From NCBI GenBank assembly GCA_028534125.1, contig CM052816.1, forward strand, positions 15,440,001 through 15,500,000: a stretch of 60,000 nucleotides of DNA, in the 5' to 3' direction. The notes beneath the pieces were generated by a model. The model saw only the letters and a list, made by a program, of their open reading frames with translations. It was not told the origin of the DNA and ran no database searches. Source of the DNA: Lama glama (lineage: Eukaryota). The position numbers were made by a program, and so were the translations under genes. Positions 45,901 through 59,329 of the stretch are shown one piece after another (positions within the stretch are counted from its first letter, which is position 1; every line of letters starts with the position of its first letter).

Positions 45901-48900
45901 CTTCCACAATATGGATGTACTATAATTTTTTAGTTGCTTCTTTACTAAAGGATTTAATTTCTTGTTTTGCTCAAAAATTAGAAAGTAAACATTTTTATTT
46001 TTGCTTGTGGATCTTTGTGTACACGTGCAACTAGTTTTCATCACCAGTGGAATAAGGCAAAGCAGCAATATAGGATCATTCTTGTTTTAGCGTTTTCTGT
46101 GCTACTTAATTTGTGGATTCCCTAAATGCCAATAGAATATTTTCACACATCTTCTAAAAATTCCCCACTCAAACAAAATGGATTATCATAAGCATATTGT
46201 TGTCTCTGAATAGTGTATGTCCAGGTTACCGTACTTTGGAAGTGTACCCAAAAGACAGCATTGCTACTGATCCGAGATTGTGTTTTGGCAGGTAAACAGT
46301 ATTTCTGATAAATGCTGAATCCTTAGAAAGTGGAAGTTATATAGCACCCTGCAGGACAACTCAGAACACAGCTTCTGATGTTTCTCAAAGAAAACCAAAA
46401 GCCATCATAAAAGTATGTCTTTCAGCTGGCATAAATTATAAATTAATGAGGAAATGAAATGGCAGGCTACATATCCTTGATAGTTGACTGTGCAGGGCCA
46501 CGTGGCATTGATTTCCAATGTAGAGGCCTTTACAAAGCAGTGACTCTAATGTAGATTGTATAATACTGAGTATTGTAAGCATGTTCTTGGCATATTATTT
46601 GTTACATGAAAATAATTTTTCTCCATGATTGGTTTATTTTTCTTTTGTGGCACATTCTGGACTGCAGAATCCTCTATCTACCATCTGTCCTTCCATAAAT
46701 TATCAGGCAGGCTATTTCTGAGATTTTCTGCTTTGAGAAATAGTGTATATAGTATTTATTATATATGCTCATTACTCATACATTACCATGATACATCCTT
46801 TTTCTTCAAAATAGCATCTGATAATTCAGTGTCTTTTTAACACTAGATAAAGCTGTTTTCTGGAGACTTTTCCCAGAAATCCAAATGTTTCTGGGGGCTC
46901 TTTCTAATCTCTGTACAGTGTGTCTTTGGCACTTTTTAAATTGAGTACTAAACCAAATTTTCCATAAATTTTTTGTTTGAATTTTGACTGTGTAATTATT
47001 CTTTGAGGTAGACATTTGAATTTACTTAATACTCATCTTTGTTTCAAACTTTCAAGGCTGAGATGTACTCAGGCTTAGAGTAGATTGGCCAGCTTTGGTG
47101 ACATCTCTCTCTGGCCTTTGAAGTTGGCACAGTCTACCTCAGGGGTGTGTGGCCATGGAAAAACATGTTTTTGTTGTTGAGTGTTCTTGCTTTCTAGTAA
47201 TTTTATTTTCTGCTCAAGGGATTTAGTATCTGTTCAGATACTTTATTTTTAAAGGCCACATAAGTAATGACTTGACCTCTAATCTTAGCTTTGAAAATTT
47301 CCCAGACACTAATAAAGATAATGCCCGATGACCTATTATTTGAGAATACTACTTACTGGCCAGCAATCAGTGCTATTTAAAAATGTATATTTTACTCTGA
47401 AAATTATTTCCCTGGCCAAAACACATTGTTAGTAAAATTCTGCATGTATTGTCATAATTTGGTGACTCTTCGGCTTGGATTTTTAATACTTTTTATATGG
47501 TGTCACTGAGAATTATTACAGTTCAAAACAACTCTTCTCCTCAAATACTACACTAAATAATTAGTTTTGAGAAAAACAGTCTGTAAACTGTAGTCTTAAA
47601 TCAGAAATAGCATCTGTCTCTTGGACTAAAAATAAGAATATTTTGAACCAAAGGGTTATGTAGTAATCCTTGTTTTGCAATAATATGGTCTGTCTTTGCA
47701 GTAAATGTATGAATAAGATTTTTACAAAGGATCAGGTTACTACTAAAGACCAGGATCATCAGTTAAATTATCTAGACTTTCCATGTCAGGACACATGCTT
47801 AATTGTGGAGTGACAAGAGAAGTTCACCAGACTGTATTACACGTATGCCAAGGTGTATTCATGAAGAGGAGAGAAAAAACAAGTTTCTTCCTAGGTGTCT
47901 GGGCAAAGTTAGAGTTGCCCTGTTTGTTTTGCTTTTACTTGTTTTATAACTATAATAGCAGACTCTCTTGGTAAGAACCTCCCTAGACACAGTGTTGTTT
48001 TTGTGAGGTTGGTAGAGGAAACTCTGTATTGCTACCTTGATAGGTTTTCTTGTTTGGCTTTTTGTTAAGAAATGGTGTTTAGTTTCTGGCTAAACCTTTA
48101 AGTTATGTGCAAAGAGAGGAAACAGTCTGCTTAATTAATTGTAATTTTTAATTGAAAACTATTATTGCCCAGGTGGACAATCTTGAAAGAGATTTGAGTA
48201 ATTGAGGTTTTCCCTTGCTTCCAGTGGAAGAGAAATATTTCAGTTCACTTACTTTAGGCTATAAAATAGTTTGCTCTTCCTTTCTGTACAGCAAGAATTA
48301 TGAACATAAAGTCACAAAACAGATTCAGTGTTAATTTTGAAAGCTTCCCCATAGTCCCACCCCTATCATCTGTAAATAACGTGCCTGAATGTAAAATGGA
48401 AAAAGTTGAAAATTTCCACTTGTGCATTTTGAGCTTTTAAGAGGTATTATACACTCTGGAAATAATAATAAAAGATAGGGCTTTATACAGTGCTTTTTGT
48501 GTGAGGAAATCATATAAACACTAATGCATTGATCCTAACACAGTACTTGATTGTGACTTTAAAAGGTCATGAGTTACTGCTGTTACAAAAAGAAAAAAAT
48601 TAAAAGATTGGAGGGGGAGCTGTAATTTACAAATATTGTTTGAAAAATATCTAGATATAAATTGATGTAGATACTGAAAAATTAAAGTTTTGGGGAATTT
48701 TTGTTAACTTTTCTCTTAGCCTATAATAGATTTTTATCCCTTTATGTTTTTTTTTCCTTTTCCTTTTGTCAACAGATCTACTTGGATTCCCTTCTTAGAC
48801 AAGAAGGCAGAATTTACTTTTAAGTTTTTATTCCTTCTTAGCCAAGAAGGCTTAAACCTGTGGTAGTTTCCTGAGTTTGTTTTATTTAATGTAATAACGC

Positions 48901-49030
48901 ATTTTATTTGTTCTGAATTGGGAGGTCATCCTTTTCGTTTTCTTAGTTTAATATTTGTGGCATGTAGCTGTTGGTTTTGATGAATATAGTGATTATGTGG
49001 CTTAATCTTCAATTTTTTCATGTTTTGTAG

Positions 49031-49115
49031 GTTTATTCTTCAGTCCAAGGAAGCAATTCACAGTCAGCTGCTGGAGAAACAGAAAATAGCAGAAGAAAAA
49101 ATTAAAGAATTGGAA
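49031..49115 (+). CDS. PFDN1: Prefoldin subunit 1, coding exon 3
   Basis: Acceptor tgttttgtAG; first G completes the split ATG; encodes (M)FILQSKEAIHSQLLEKQKIAEEKIKELE; donor GTAAGT at 49116. No stop codon, and the final exon was not found in the window. Confidence 0.97.
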
Positions 49116-51049
49116 GTAAGTTTTGAGTGAATATTGATAGTAGTGGTCAACTTTTAGGTAAAAAGTAATTATCTTATTGTGTCATATTAAACGAAAATGT
49201 GTGCCTGCCAAAGTCATGTCATAGTGTTTTCATTTTTTCTAATTATGTTAGAGCTATGACTATTAACTATCTGAGCTGTAACTAACTATCTGAAGGATGG
49301 TGCTCCAGTGAGAAACACAGATTTTTTTTTTAGCTAGAAAAAATGATGATAGGTAAGAGTAAGTTAGTACATCTTTGGAAAATTGGAGTTTATTCTTATA
49401 ATTTCTTTATATGTTAAACTCTTTAAAATTGTTGAAATATTCTTCTTGGGGTATGGTGAATGATCTGTCCTGTATATAGTAAAAGTTGGACTGGACAGAA
49501 AACTGGTTATTGTTTCTTTGGGACCAAGATTTCCTGAGATGGGGGTGGATATAATGACTTCATAGGTCACTTTATCTAATTTCTTTGAGTGCTATTTGAG
49601 GCAGTGGTTCAGAATCTGACTCAGTGCTCTGCAGAATTGGTCAGACACCCCCTGTAGCCTCCTGGGGATTTCTCAGGGGCACTGACTTGGCATGGCCTGG
49701 GCAAGCATGTAGTGTCTTAGGTTACTTAGGCTTATTTTTAGTTGACTACCAATGAGAATTTAAACACACTTGATAATGGATTTATAGCTAGAAAGATGTA
49801 TTGTAAAACAAAGCAAATAAGCAAATAAACAAAAAAAAAGAGAAAAAACTGTTATCTTGTAGTAACCAGGTTATTATGTCCTATTTTATCATTTTTGCCA
49901 GCTTAACTATTCTAGACTGAGTTTTCTAAACAAAATATCTTAAAAAACTCTGAAACCATGTCATGTAGACAATAAGAAATGTGTTTTTGCAGCTGTTGGT
50001 AAATGTATCTAAAATTGTCCTGATGAATATAAGTAGCAAGATGCAAAGTAATGTATAAATAATTATCGTTTTATGAAAACAAACAAAAGCGAAGATCTGT
50101 ATATGAACATTGATAATGATATAAATTAGTAAATTAACACTGATTACCCTAAGGAAATTAGATAGGACATGGGGATGAAATTGTTTTTGTCTTATAATCT
50201 CTGTTACAGATACATTGTAAAAAATGTGTTAAGTTATATAATTTTAAAAATTATCAAGGTAAAATTGCTACTAATGATTTTAGCATGCTATTCAGTTCTA
50301 ATGAGTGTTAGGAAATTCATTTTCCAAATATTTCCTTTCGTGGAGTCTTTCAAATGCTGGTAAGAGTATCCTGGTATCTGTCAGATAATAGAAGTAGATT
50401 AGCTAACCTCTTGGTGGGTATTTGAAATGCTAGTAACAGCTACAAAAACTAGCAGAGTTAAACTCTAGCCTCTACTGTAGGAAGTTATATTGCTTTTTTT
50501 GTTTTTAATGTTCATTTTACATGATATTTATATTACAAAAGCAAAGTAAATATGCTATAAAAAAGAAAAACAGTCAAACAAAAAAATAAAACAAGTGATT
50601 AAATGAAAATATGACTTTCCCCTCTTCACTGCGTACCTTCAAGTGCCATCTTTATGGTTGGTGTGTATCATTACAAACTTTATTTTATGAACATGTTTAT
50701 ATATGTGTATACACATTGTTTTTTAAATAAAGAGAAATTATGCTGTATATACTGTTTTTCATCACTTGACAATTTACCTTTCCACTTTAGTAACATAAAG
50801 GTAGTTTATATTCAGTTTCTTGCTTTCCATTTCTCCTACTATTTTGGTTTCCTTATTACCTCAATATTCAGTTACCGCATGATGCCTGCTCTGCATTTAG
50901 TATACGTTCCAATACTGCCCTAACCTGTATTTTTAATAGTATCGTCTGCTACACATACTCTTCTCTTCCCTGAAACAATCCTATACTTTTCCACTGCCGT
51001 ACCTTTATAATTTTCTTACTTCAGCCTGAAATGTATGCATATGCACACA

Positions 51050-52400
51050 TACATTGTTAATTTTGTAGTGTTCAGATCTTCTGTGTTTCTCACTGATTTT
51101 TTTCCTCCTTACTCAGTTAATTGTTGAGAGATACGTGTCAAATCTACTTCTGTGATGGTATTTATCAATTTCTCGTTAGTCTTTCAGTTTAGTGGGCAGT
51201 GGTATTTAGAGACTACTGTCTGGGTCCTGTAACTGCTCACTGTTACTGAATGCATAGTTGAGAGGATATGTTTCTTTTTGCTCTATATGTTTAGGAATTT
51301 CTCAGCTCTTTTGAAGATAGCATTCTACTGACTTCTGGCTTTCATTGTGGCTGTTGAGAAGTTACCTGTCAGTCTAATTGCTGTTCCTTTGTCTTTTCTC
51401 TGTGGCTACTTTTAATATGCTCTCATCTTTCATGCCGTAGTTTCTCTGGGATATGTTTAGGTGAGGATTTAGTCTTTTTGTTTTTTTCTTAATCCTGCTT
51501 GGATTAGTTGGTTTCCCTGAATTTGAGGATTATTGACTTTCATCAATTCTGGAAGATTTGTATTGTCTCTGAATGTTACTTCTTCCCTGTTTCTTTATTA
51601 AATGTTATTTCCCTCTGGAATATTTTCCCCCTACCTTTAAACCAGCTGCTCCCACTATCTGCAGTAGCATCTTTACTGGTTTTTTTTCCGTCTTCAGCTT
51701 TCTCTCTTCTAATCCATTTAACATATTTCAACTAGAATGACCTTTCTAAAATGTTTAATCTGGTCTGTGTAAACCCCATCATTGTTCAAGCTCTTTAACA
51801 TACCTTCAGGGCTCTTTATGAAATGACTCCTGTTTGTTTCTCTCATGTCCCTCATATCCTCTTCCTTCTCTTAAATGCTGTATGCTCTAGACACGCAGAA
51901 ATATTCTGTTTTTAGAACTTGCTGTGTTTTCTTTGTTTCTATTAGATCTTAGCAAAATTAGTTCCCTCCTCCTGGGAACTTCCTCCTCCTGCTCTTACTA
52001 GCTCTGGTTTTTTTTGTTGTTGTTTTTGTTTTTTAAAATTTTATTTATTTGTTTATTCATTCATTCATTCATTTTTTATTTTTTTAATTCAAAAAGAAAA
52101 ATGTTGTAGTTATCCACAAATTCAGTCACAAATTGAATGTCAAATTTGTATACTATTGTAGCAGTATTTATGTAGTTTCTTTATATATGTGTGTGTGTGT
52201 GTATGTATATATTTATTTATTTACTGAAGTATAGTCAGTTTACAGTGTTGTGTCTAGCTCTGTTAATACTTAAAATCTTAGTTTAGGACTACTTCTCCTG
52301 AGAAGCATTTTCTGATTCCTGAGTGTTAAATTGGGTGCTTTCCCCTTGTTCTCTCTAATGATTCTGTTGATTTCTTGTAAACTACCATCAGTTGAAGTAA
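51050..52400. mobile_element. Degenerate L1 (antisense) and L2 (sense) fragments
   Basis: gacttctggctttcattgtggctgttgagaag (old L1); aactagaatgacctttctaaaatg, gagaagcattttctga (L2). Confidence 0.5.
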
Positions 52401-53278
52401 TTACAAATATGGTTTCCTATTACTTGGGAAGCTTGATGCAGATTCAGAGCTCTAAATCGTTTTTCCCAGGGTCTCCCAGTTATGACTCTGCCTTTTGAAT
52501 ACAGTCTTTTTTTCTGGGCCCTAGTATTTCTTGCCAGTCTAGCCTGTTTCCTCTTAATCCTGTTTAATTATCATTAGCATTATTAATTTCTACCCTCAGA
52601 TACCTTACAGTTAAATTGGAGAGGCACAATTTATGCTTAACTCTGAAGACAAAGATGAGGCTATTCCATTTAGCACATTTTCATCTCTGAAGAAGTAAGG
52701 TTGTGTTGGCTTTGGTTCCATAGGTCCGGTTTCTGACTAAAGCTGTTAACTTGACCCCACTGTGTATGCCTCTTCACCCCCATCAACAGTCTTTATAAAT
52801 GACACTATGGATAAACCATTTCCATGACATAACATGGGTGCTGGTCTAATTCAGGTTCTCTGATCTGAGAGACCATCTTCGTTAGTATTTTCTAGGCTCC
52901 CTTTTATCCACCTCTATTCTTACTGTTTCTTTATGTTTGCCCTCTCCAGATTTTTTCCCCCAGTCTTTATTTATGAGTGCAAAGCTTACCTGGAATATAT
53001 TTAGCTTTTGATAACTCTAGTGTGCTGTACCTACATTGTCAGCCCACCTGGTATCTCACCTACTGGCCCTTTTCCTCTTATGGAGCAGAGGTCAGGGTAT
53101 GATAATCCTGCCCTCATGTCCTCTTGAGAGAGTGTTACATTGCTTCCTATAAGGGTGAAGACTTGTACTGTTGTTAACCTTGGGAAGATTGTCTTACTGG
53201 CTTTATCTTCTTAAAATTCCAAATTTACATTTTAATACCCCTATGTTGAATTCCTCAGACTATAATTACTTTACTGGG

Positions 53279-53350
53279 GTTGATTAGGAAGTGTTTTCAT
53301 AACAGACTCACAATGTTGATTAGGAAGTGTTTTCATAAAAGACTCACATT
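53279..53350. repeat. 36-bp tandem duplication
   Basis: gttgattaggaagtgttttcataacagactcacaat x2, two mismatches. Confidence 0.93.
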
Positions 53351-53604
53351 TCCAAACAATGTGTTCGTGTTATGTGGATTTTTATTTTTCCTTTGTAAAG
53401 ATGATTGATCTGATTCTGAGGGAATGTCATTTCATCTCAGTGGTGATTAGTAGAACAATGATGCTGATCCTATTCAAATCAAGAGAAAATATAAAATAAT
53501 GTCTTTAGTATGATAGAGTAACCGTGTTATGTTACTTATGTCATTGAGGAAATTCTCTATTTTTTAAAAATACTGATAACAAATAAAGATGGCTGAGTGT
53601 CTAC

Positions 53605-53713
53605 TATACTATATATTGTTAGTAGAAATATACTATATACTATATACATAATATACTATATATTGTTAGTAGAAAAGAATACATAATATACTATATATTG
53701 TTAGTAGAAAAGA
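53605..53713. repeat. AT-rich minisatellite (35-bp period, three core copies)
   Basis: tatactatatattgttagtagaaa at 53605, 53652 and 53687. Confidence 0.92.
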
Positions 53714-54904
53714 ATAAAAGCATAATTTTTAGAAATGACAGTTTTATTGGTATTTGGAATTATGACTGAGCCTTTGTCTTTGTAAAAATAATTTTCCTTT
53801 TGAAATGTACAGCATTGCTACAAAAAGTGTAATTTTTTTTGAGAAAATTCAGTTTTAGTTAAAGTTGAGTTAAAACCTTATAGAGTAAAGAGATATAAGT
53901 ATCTTCTAAAGAGTAAAAATACATCCTATATTTTTGTTGACCTTTTTGGAGGTAGAAAGAAAATAATTGTGGACTTCTTTTGTAGTTGCAAAATCTTTGA
54001 TTCATCATTCAGATGAGCTGGAACTCAATTTCTGACCTTTTTTGCCTTATGAATGTGAACTATTTGGAATCCTTGAGATAACTGTAAGCTTTTAGTGTTG
54101 TATTTGAACATATTTTGACCACTTTTATGTTCTCTCTCGAACAGTTACTACTTCAGGCTCATCTGTCTTCAGGCTAAAGTCCCTATTATATTTTAGGCAC
54201 ATGCATATCCTGGTTGACCATTTTCCTTCCCCTCTATCTCTGACGTGTTTACTACCCCTTCCACCACCCTGGTTAGCTCAGCAGTGACACAATAAAAATA
54301 AGAATAGGAAACCAGGACATTCTGGCCTGCATAATGCCACTTCTGACGCAGAATGTTACAGTCCCAGGGTTGTGAAATAGCTCTCTAGCCCATGCTATAA
54401 GTAAAATCTAAGAAACTGTAAAAGTCCTGACTCTTCCACAAAAGTGGCTATTTTGGTTAGACAGTACTTCCTGAAACAAGTAGAAAGACTAGTGGCAAGA
54501 GAAGTGGATAGGAGGTGCCTGTGACACTATAGTTGGCTGAGTTCTGAGACTGTGATGAGAACATGTTTTGGAGGAGTTCCCATGATTGAGGAGATTTTAC
54601 TCTGCCTGTTGAGGATCATTTTTTCCATAGATGGGTGGTGACTGGTAGGCACTTGGATGAAAGTCCAGTTTTTGCCCCAAGTATTTCACTTTTGGTCTGG
54701 TACCTTTGTGCATTTGATGGGACCACCCCCTCTTTGGAGGTGATGTCAAGTTGACAGTATATGATAGGCACCGATTCTTATCAGCGTTTTCAATGGAGAA
54801 GGGCCCGTGAGAGCAAAGCCAGTGACAGAATGATTTTTATATATTAAACAAGAATTACACCCGTGTTCATCTGCTTGTATATAACTCAAAGTGGACTCCA
54901 TTTA

Positions 54905-55360
54905 AAAAATTAGTCATTTGTTTTGTAGTGAAATACAGGATTTACAGAAATATATAATAAAATACATTTAGTTTAATCAATAATTATAAAGCATTCACCT
55001 GTAACAATCATCTAGGTCAAGGAATAAAATAATAGCAGGACACCAGAACACAGCCCCCCATTTCGTTTTTCCCTCCTATTCTTGCCTGCTCCTCAACCCC
55101 AGGTAATCCTAACTTTGGGGATAAGTATTTCATTTTAAAAAAAATACAATTGTACTTTACCTATGTATGTATCCTTCAAAACAGTTTTTCAACTTTATAT
55201 GAACAAAATCTGTCTCCATATTTTTTACTTTGCTGCTTTTCCTCAACATTATGTTTGTGAAGTACATCCATGTCGTTACTTGAGATTGTGACTTACTCAT
55301 TTTCATTGCTATATCGTATTTCATTGTATGGTTGTATCACAATTATTTATCTTTCCAAAC
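54905..55360 (-). mobile_element. Old L1 (L1ME-like) 3' end
   Basis: cacctgtaacaatcatctaggtcaagg...ctcaacattatgtttgtga...catccatgt...ttttcattgct. Confidence 0.65.
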
Positions 55361-58300
55361 AGTTAACTTTTACCCTTAAGAAGTCAAGATATTCTCATAG
55401 AGTGTCTTCATAGTTTATCTCTTAGCCTCTTGCTGAGGGGAACTATTTTTCAGAGACATCTCCCATTCCAATTCAGGATAGTTTGCATCCTGCAGAGAAG
55501 TATAAAATGTCTCTACTCTAAAAATTAGCTTGATGATTTCCCACCTTCAGCAGCAGCTGGATAACTAGGCACTTCTGAGTGTCTTTAAGAAGATTAAAAA
55601 AAAATAATTGCAAGTTTAGTGCATTATTCTTTTTTCTATGTTGTTTTGACTTGAGGAGTGTTGGGTGAAGTTTCTTTTATTGTTCCTTACGTTGGGATTT
55701 CAGATGTGAATACTCTTTATAGAATTCTTTGGCATTCTCAACATTTGTAAAAATGATGTTTGTTTCAAAATAGTTCTTGTTATTTAATACTTAAGTCTGA
55801 AAGAGCCCGACGGTTGGAAGGCTAGAGTTATAGTGAACTATATATATTCTTTATGTTCTGGTGTTTTAGGGCTTATTGTAGCTGTGTGATCTTTCTCTGT
55901 GGCTTTCAGAGAAGAATAGGCATGAGTCTGAAAAAGCCCATATATGCTCTTTTTCTGGTTGAGTATTCTTTATTGGCTGTTATCAATATTATCAATGTCT
56001 TGGTCAGTGTATATGTGTTATGATCCAATTGCTAATATTTGCCCAAATGTGAACTATATGATATATTTCATTTCCTCAGTGGAAATATTTTAGGTCTGGT
56101 GAGAACTTAGAGATATAAACAGTTCAAATAGATTTGCCCTTTTAACTAATTTGTCTGTGAAATACATGTTACAGGTATTTTACAGACACACTCCTTTGAT
56201 ACAGTCTGCTCATTGCTTGTGTGTCTTCATTTTATGATTAAGATTTAAAAAAGGATTTGCATTCCAGTTAGTCCAAAATTCAGCTTTTTGCATCTTGATT
56301 TGGCTATTTTCTTCGAGGATGCATTTCCAGGATGCCCTGATTCCCCTCTTGTGAACACTTGTCTATAACCACACCAGACTATCCATTTGAATGCTACAGG
56401 AAGTTGTTGACCTCAGCCTTCACTGCTGTGTACTTTATATAGTCTCTACTTTTCTGTTTGTGTCCTTAGCCACCATCCTCCCATGCCTGAGAGTTTCTCC
56501 AGTCATTTTTAGGCTGCTTAGTGAATTATTTCTTTTGAAGAGTTTGAGTTTTCTTTCATGTTATTGCATGCCTCTGCTCTTGTAACCAAATGGTAAGGTG
56601 AAGTTAATCAGTATGCTTTTCTTTACCCTAGATTCTTACTCTGATCAGTCTTTATGTTGCAAGTGTCCTCTAACCTGAAGTAACAGATACTGGCCAGAGG
56701 AAATGAGCTGTTGGCCACACCTGTATTAATGATCACACCGTGTATGTCAGCTCAAAAGAACAAGATTCAAACTGATATTCGAACTATAAATAGAGATCTC
56801 CAAGTCTACCAGATTTATAGCAGAGCATTCATTATCCTAAATTCATAATTTAAGTACCTTGTATTAGGAGTTCTGGATTCTGGCCCTTGCTGTGCTCTAA
56901 ACCTCAGTGTCCTCTCTGTAAAACAGGAGGGTTGGATTAGAAGATATCTAGAGTCATGTCTATTAAGTTTATCATTACAACCTTGGTCGTCTTCTAAATT
57001 GCTGCTTTAGGAGCAAAAATGCCCCCGTAAAAGATGGAAGGAGGCAAAACAAAAAACCAGTTTTCTTTCAGTTCAGATCATTACTTTAATTTAAAAAGTT
57101 AATTGAAATCCTATTTTTGCAGCTAAAACTAGTTGTCTGCCTACACCTTTGCCAGCTAAAATGTAATATGAGGTGATAGCATCTCCTTTGATATATTTGA
57201 TATGTTGCTTAAACTATTGAAATCACAGATATGTGTGTGATGGCTTAAAGGTAGTTTATTAGACATCACCTGTTTTAGAGAAACTGTTGGATAGAGCTGT
57301 GTAATAGCTTATAAACTCCATGCACATAAAATAACATACCCAGGAAGACATCATTTTATCATGTGCTTTATCCTGTACTGTCTTATAAAATACATGCTAC
57401 TTAGAATAGTGGCAAAAAGTGTTCAGAAGATGTTGATAAATTCTCAAACTTTTTGAATGTACATGGACATTTTTATAAGTGGTATCTCACTAAATTTTAT
57501 GAAGTGCTTTTGTGAATTTTAATTAATCTGCTGCTGCAGATAGTTATGCTACTTAGGACTTTACCATTTTTGTTTTACCATTATACTCCTTTTTCAAAGA
57601 CTTTTTACGCATAGTGTCTGTGAGAGATACTGTCTTGCTACGAATGACTAGAGTATTTTCTCCAACCTCGCTTTGTCTTGCTTTCAAATGAATCTTTCAC
57701 CTGCCACCATTATAATAAGAATGTTTCAATTCCATCACTATTCACGAAGCCATTCTTTGTGTACACAAGTTATCTTGTGAGGGAATTTTTCCAAAATGGA
57801 CACAGATTCATTGTACTCTTAACTTTTGTGTAAAACAATTTAGTTCATTTTATTCTGCTTTTGTTTTTAAGAAAACACATGAGGGTGGAACAATACTCCA
57901 GGTCAGGAAGCATTATCAGTTTCCACTGATGTTTTATATGTGCTCTGTTTTCATATGAGACTCTAAAAGCTTAAACTCTGTGTGATGCTATAAAGACATG
58001 GAAAATGATTCTTTCTTAGGGTTGGAGGAAGTGATGACTAGTGTTTTTTTGCTGGTAGTATCTGATAATCCCCCTCCCTTTAGCTATTCTAGGCATGTTT
58101 AGTTGTCAGGCGTTGTCGGACTAAATTGCTAAAAATAACAAATAAGGGGGAGGCTGTTCTAGGGCCAACTTTTGCCACTGTCTGCAATCTATTTAATTTA
58201 GTTCCTAAGGAGAAAGGGCAAAAGGAACATGGTACCATTCTCATTGAATGGATTTTTTGTTTAAAGTGCTGACAAGAACATTGTTTGAGCTCTCTCTTTT

Positions 58301-59329
58301 CCCAAACCCCATAGGGCTCATGTACCCACATCCACTTAGAGTGGAGAGCCAGAGCTAGGGGCTCAAAGAGCATGATTTGATCAGTAGTTGTACTAGAGAT
58401 TAACTAGGCGATTGTGGTCTTTTGCTCATCCTTCATGTGGCTTTTGACAGTGGAAATATGCAGTTAGCCTTTGAGAGAGGGTGAGATAGAGAAGATGGTG
58501 GTTAGAAATGGGGGAGTTACTGTGAGAATAAAAAAATCTATTTAGTATTAGACAATGTAGGCTTTGAATGCTTATTACTTTCAGGCCTTTCTTACTTTTA
58601 GGCATTTCTTAAGTCACCAACTTACCTTACTCCGTAATTTAATGAGATATATAATCATTTTAACTGAACTAAAGGGTCTCACATACATAATTTAGAACAC
58701 AGTCTTCATCACTACGTATGCTGTATAGATGGTGAAGTCTTGTGATACATGTGGAATGACATATAGCAGCACTTTAAGTCTTTACAAGTATCTCAAGACA
58801 AATGTCATTTGTGGTTGAGTTTAATCAGCTCTAGAAAGCTGTAAAGAAAAACATCACTTTATGCTCAGAGCCTGGACTTTGGGGTTCAAATTCAAAGCTT
58901 TCATTCATGCAGACTCTGTCTGTCATCTTCTCTCTTCAGAAAAGGTATGAGAGGTGGTAATGGAAAGCATAAGAGGAAGAAGGAGCTTCTGGTACTATAG
59001 TTGAAGCCTTAAAATGAATCAAGTTTTGAACTGAATTGTAAATATCAATTGCCTTAATTTTTAAGCATTGATGCTTTCAGTATCAGAGGCTGAATTTTCC
59101 ACTTACAACTGATTTTTCCTTTTCCTTCCTTTGGGAGGACTAACAGTTCTAAGATTCAAGACATAAGGCTTTGGCCAGTAATAATTGCTAGGTAGGCCAG
59201 AAGAAGTGTATGTATGTTTTTAAAAAAAGCATTATGTTTGCTGGGTATCTTGATTATGGAGTGTACTTTGGGGATTATACAGTGTACTTTGGGGATAATG
59301 ACTAATCATGGAGGCTTTTTGTTCTTTCA

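Noticed and set aside
53279..53713. CRISPR-like repeat array
   Set aside because: Direct tandem copies without unique spacers, in a mammalian intron.
59260..59296. 21-bp-period duplication agtgtactttggggat
   Set aside because: Small slippage duplication with no sign of function.
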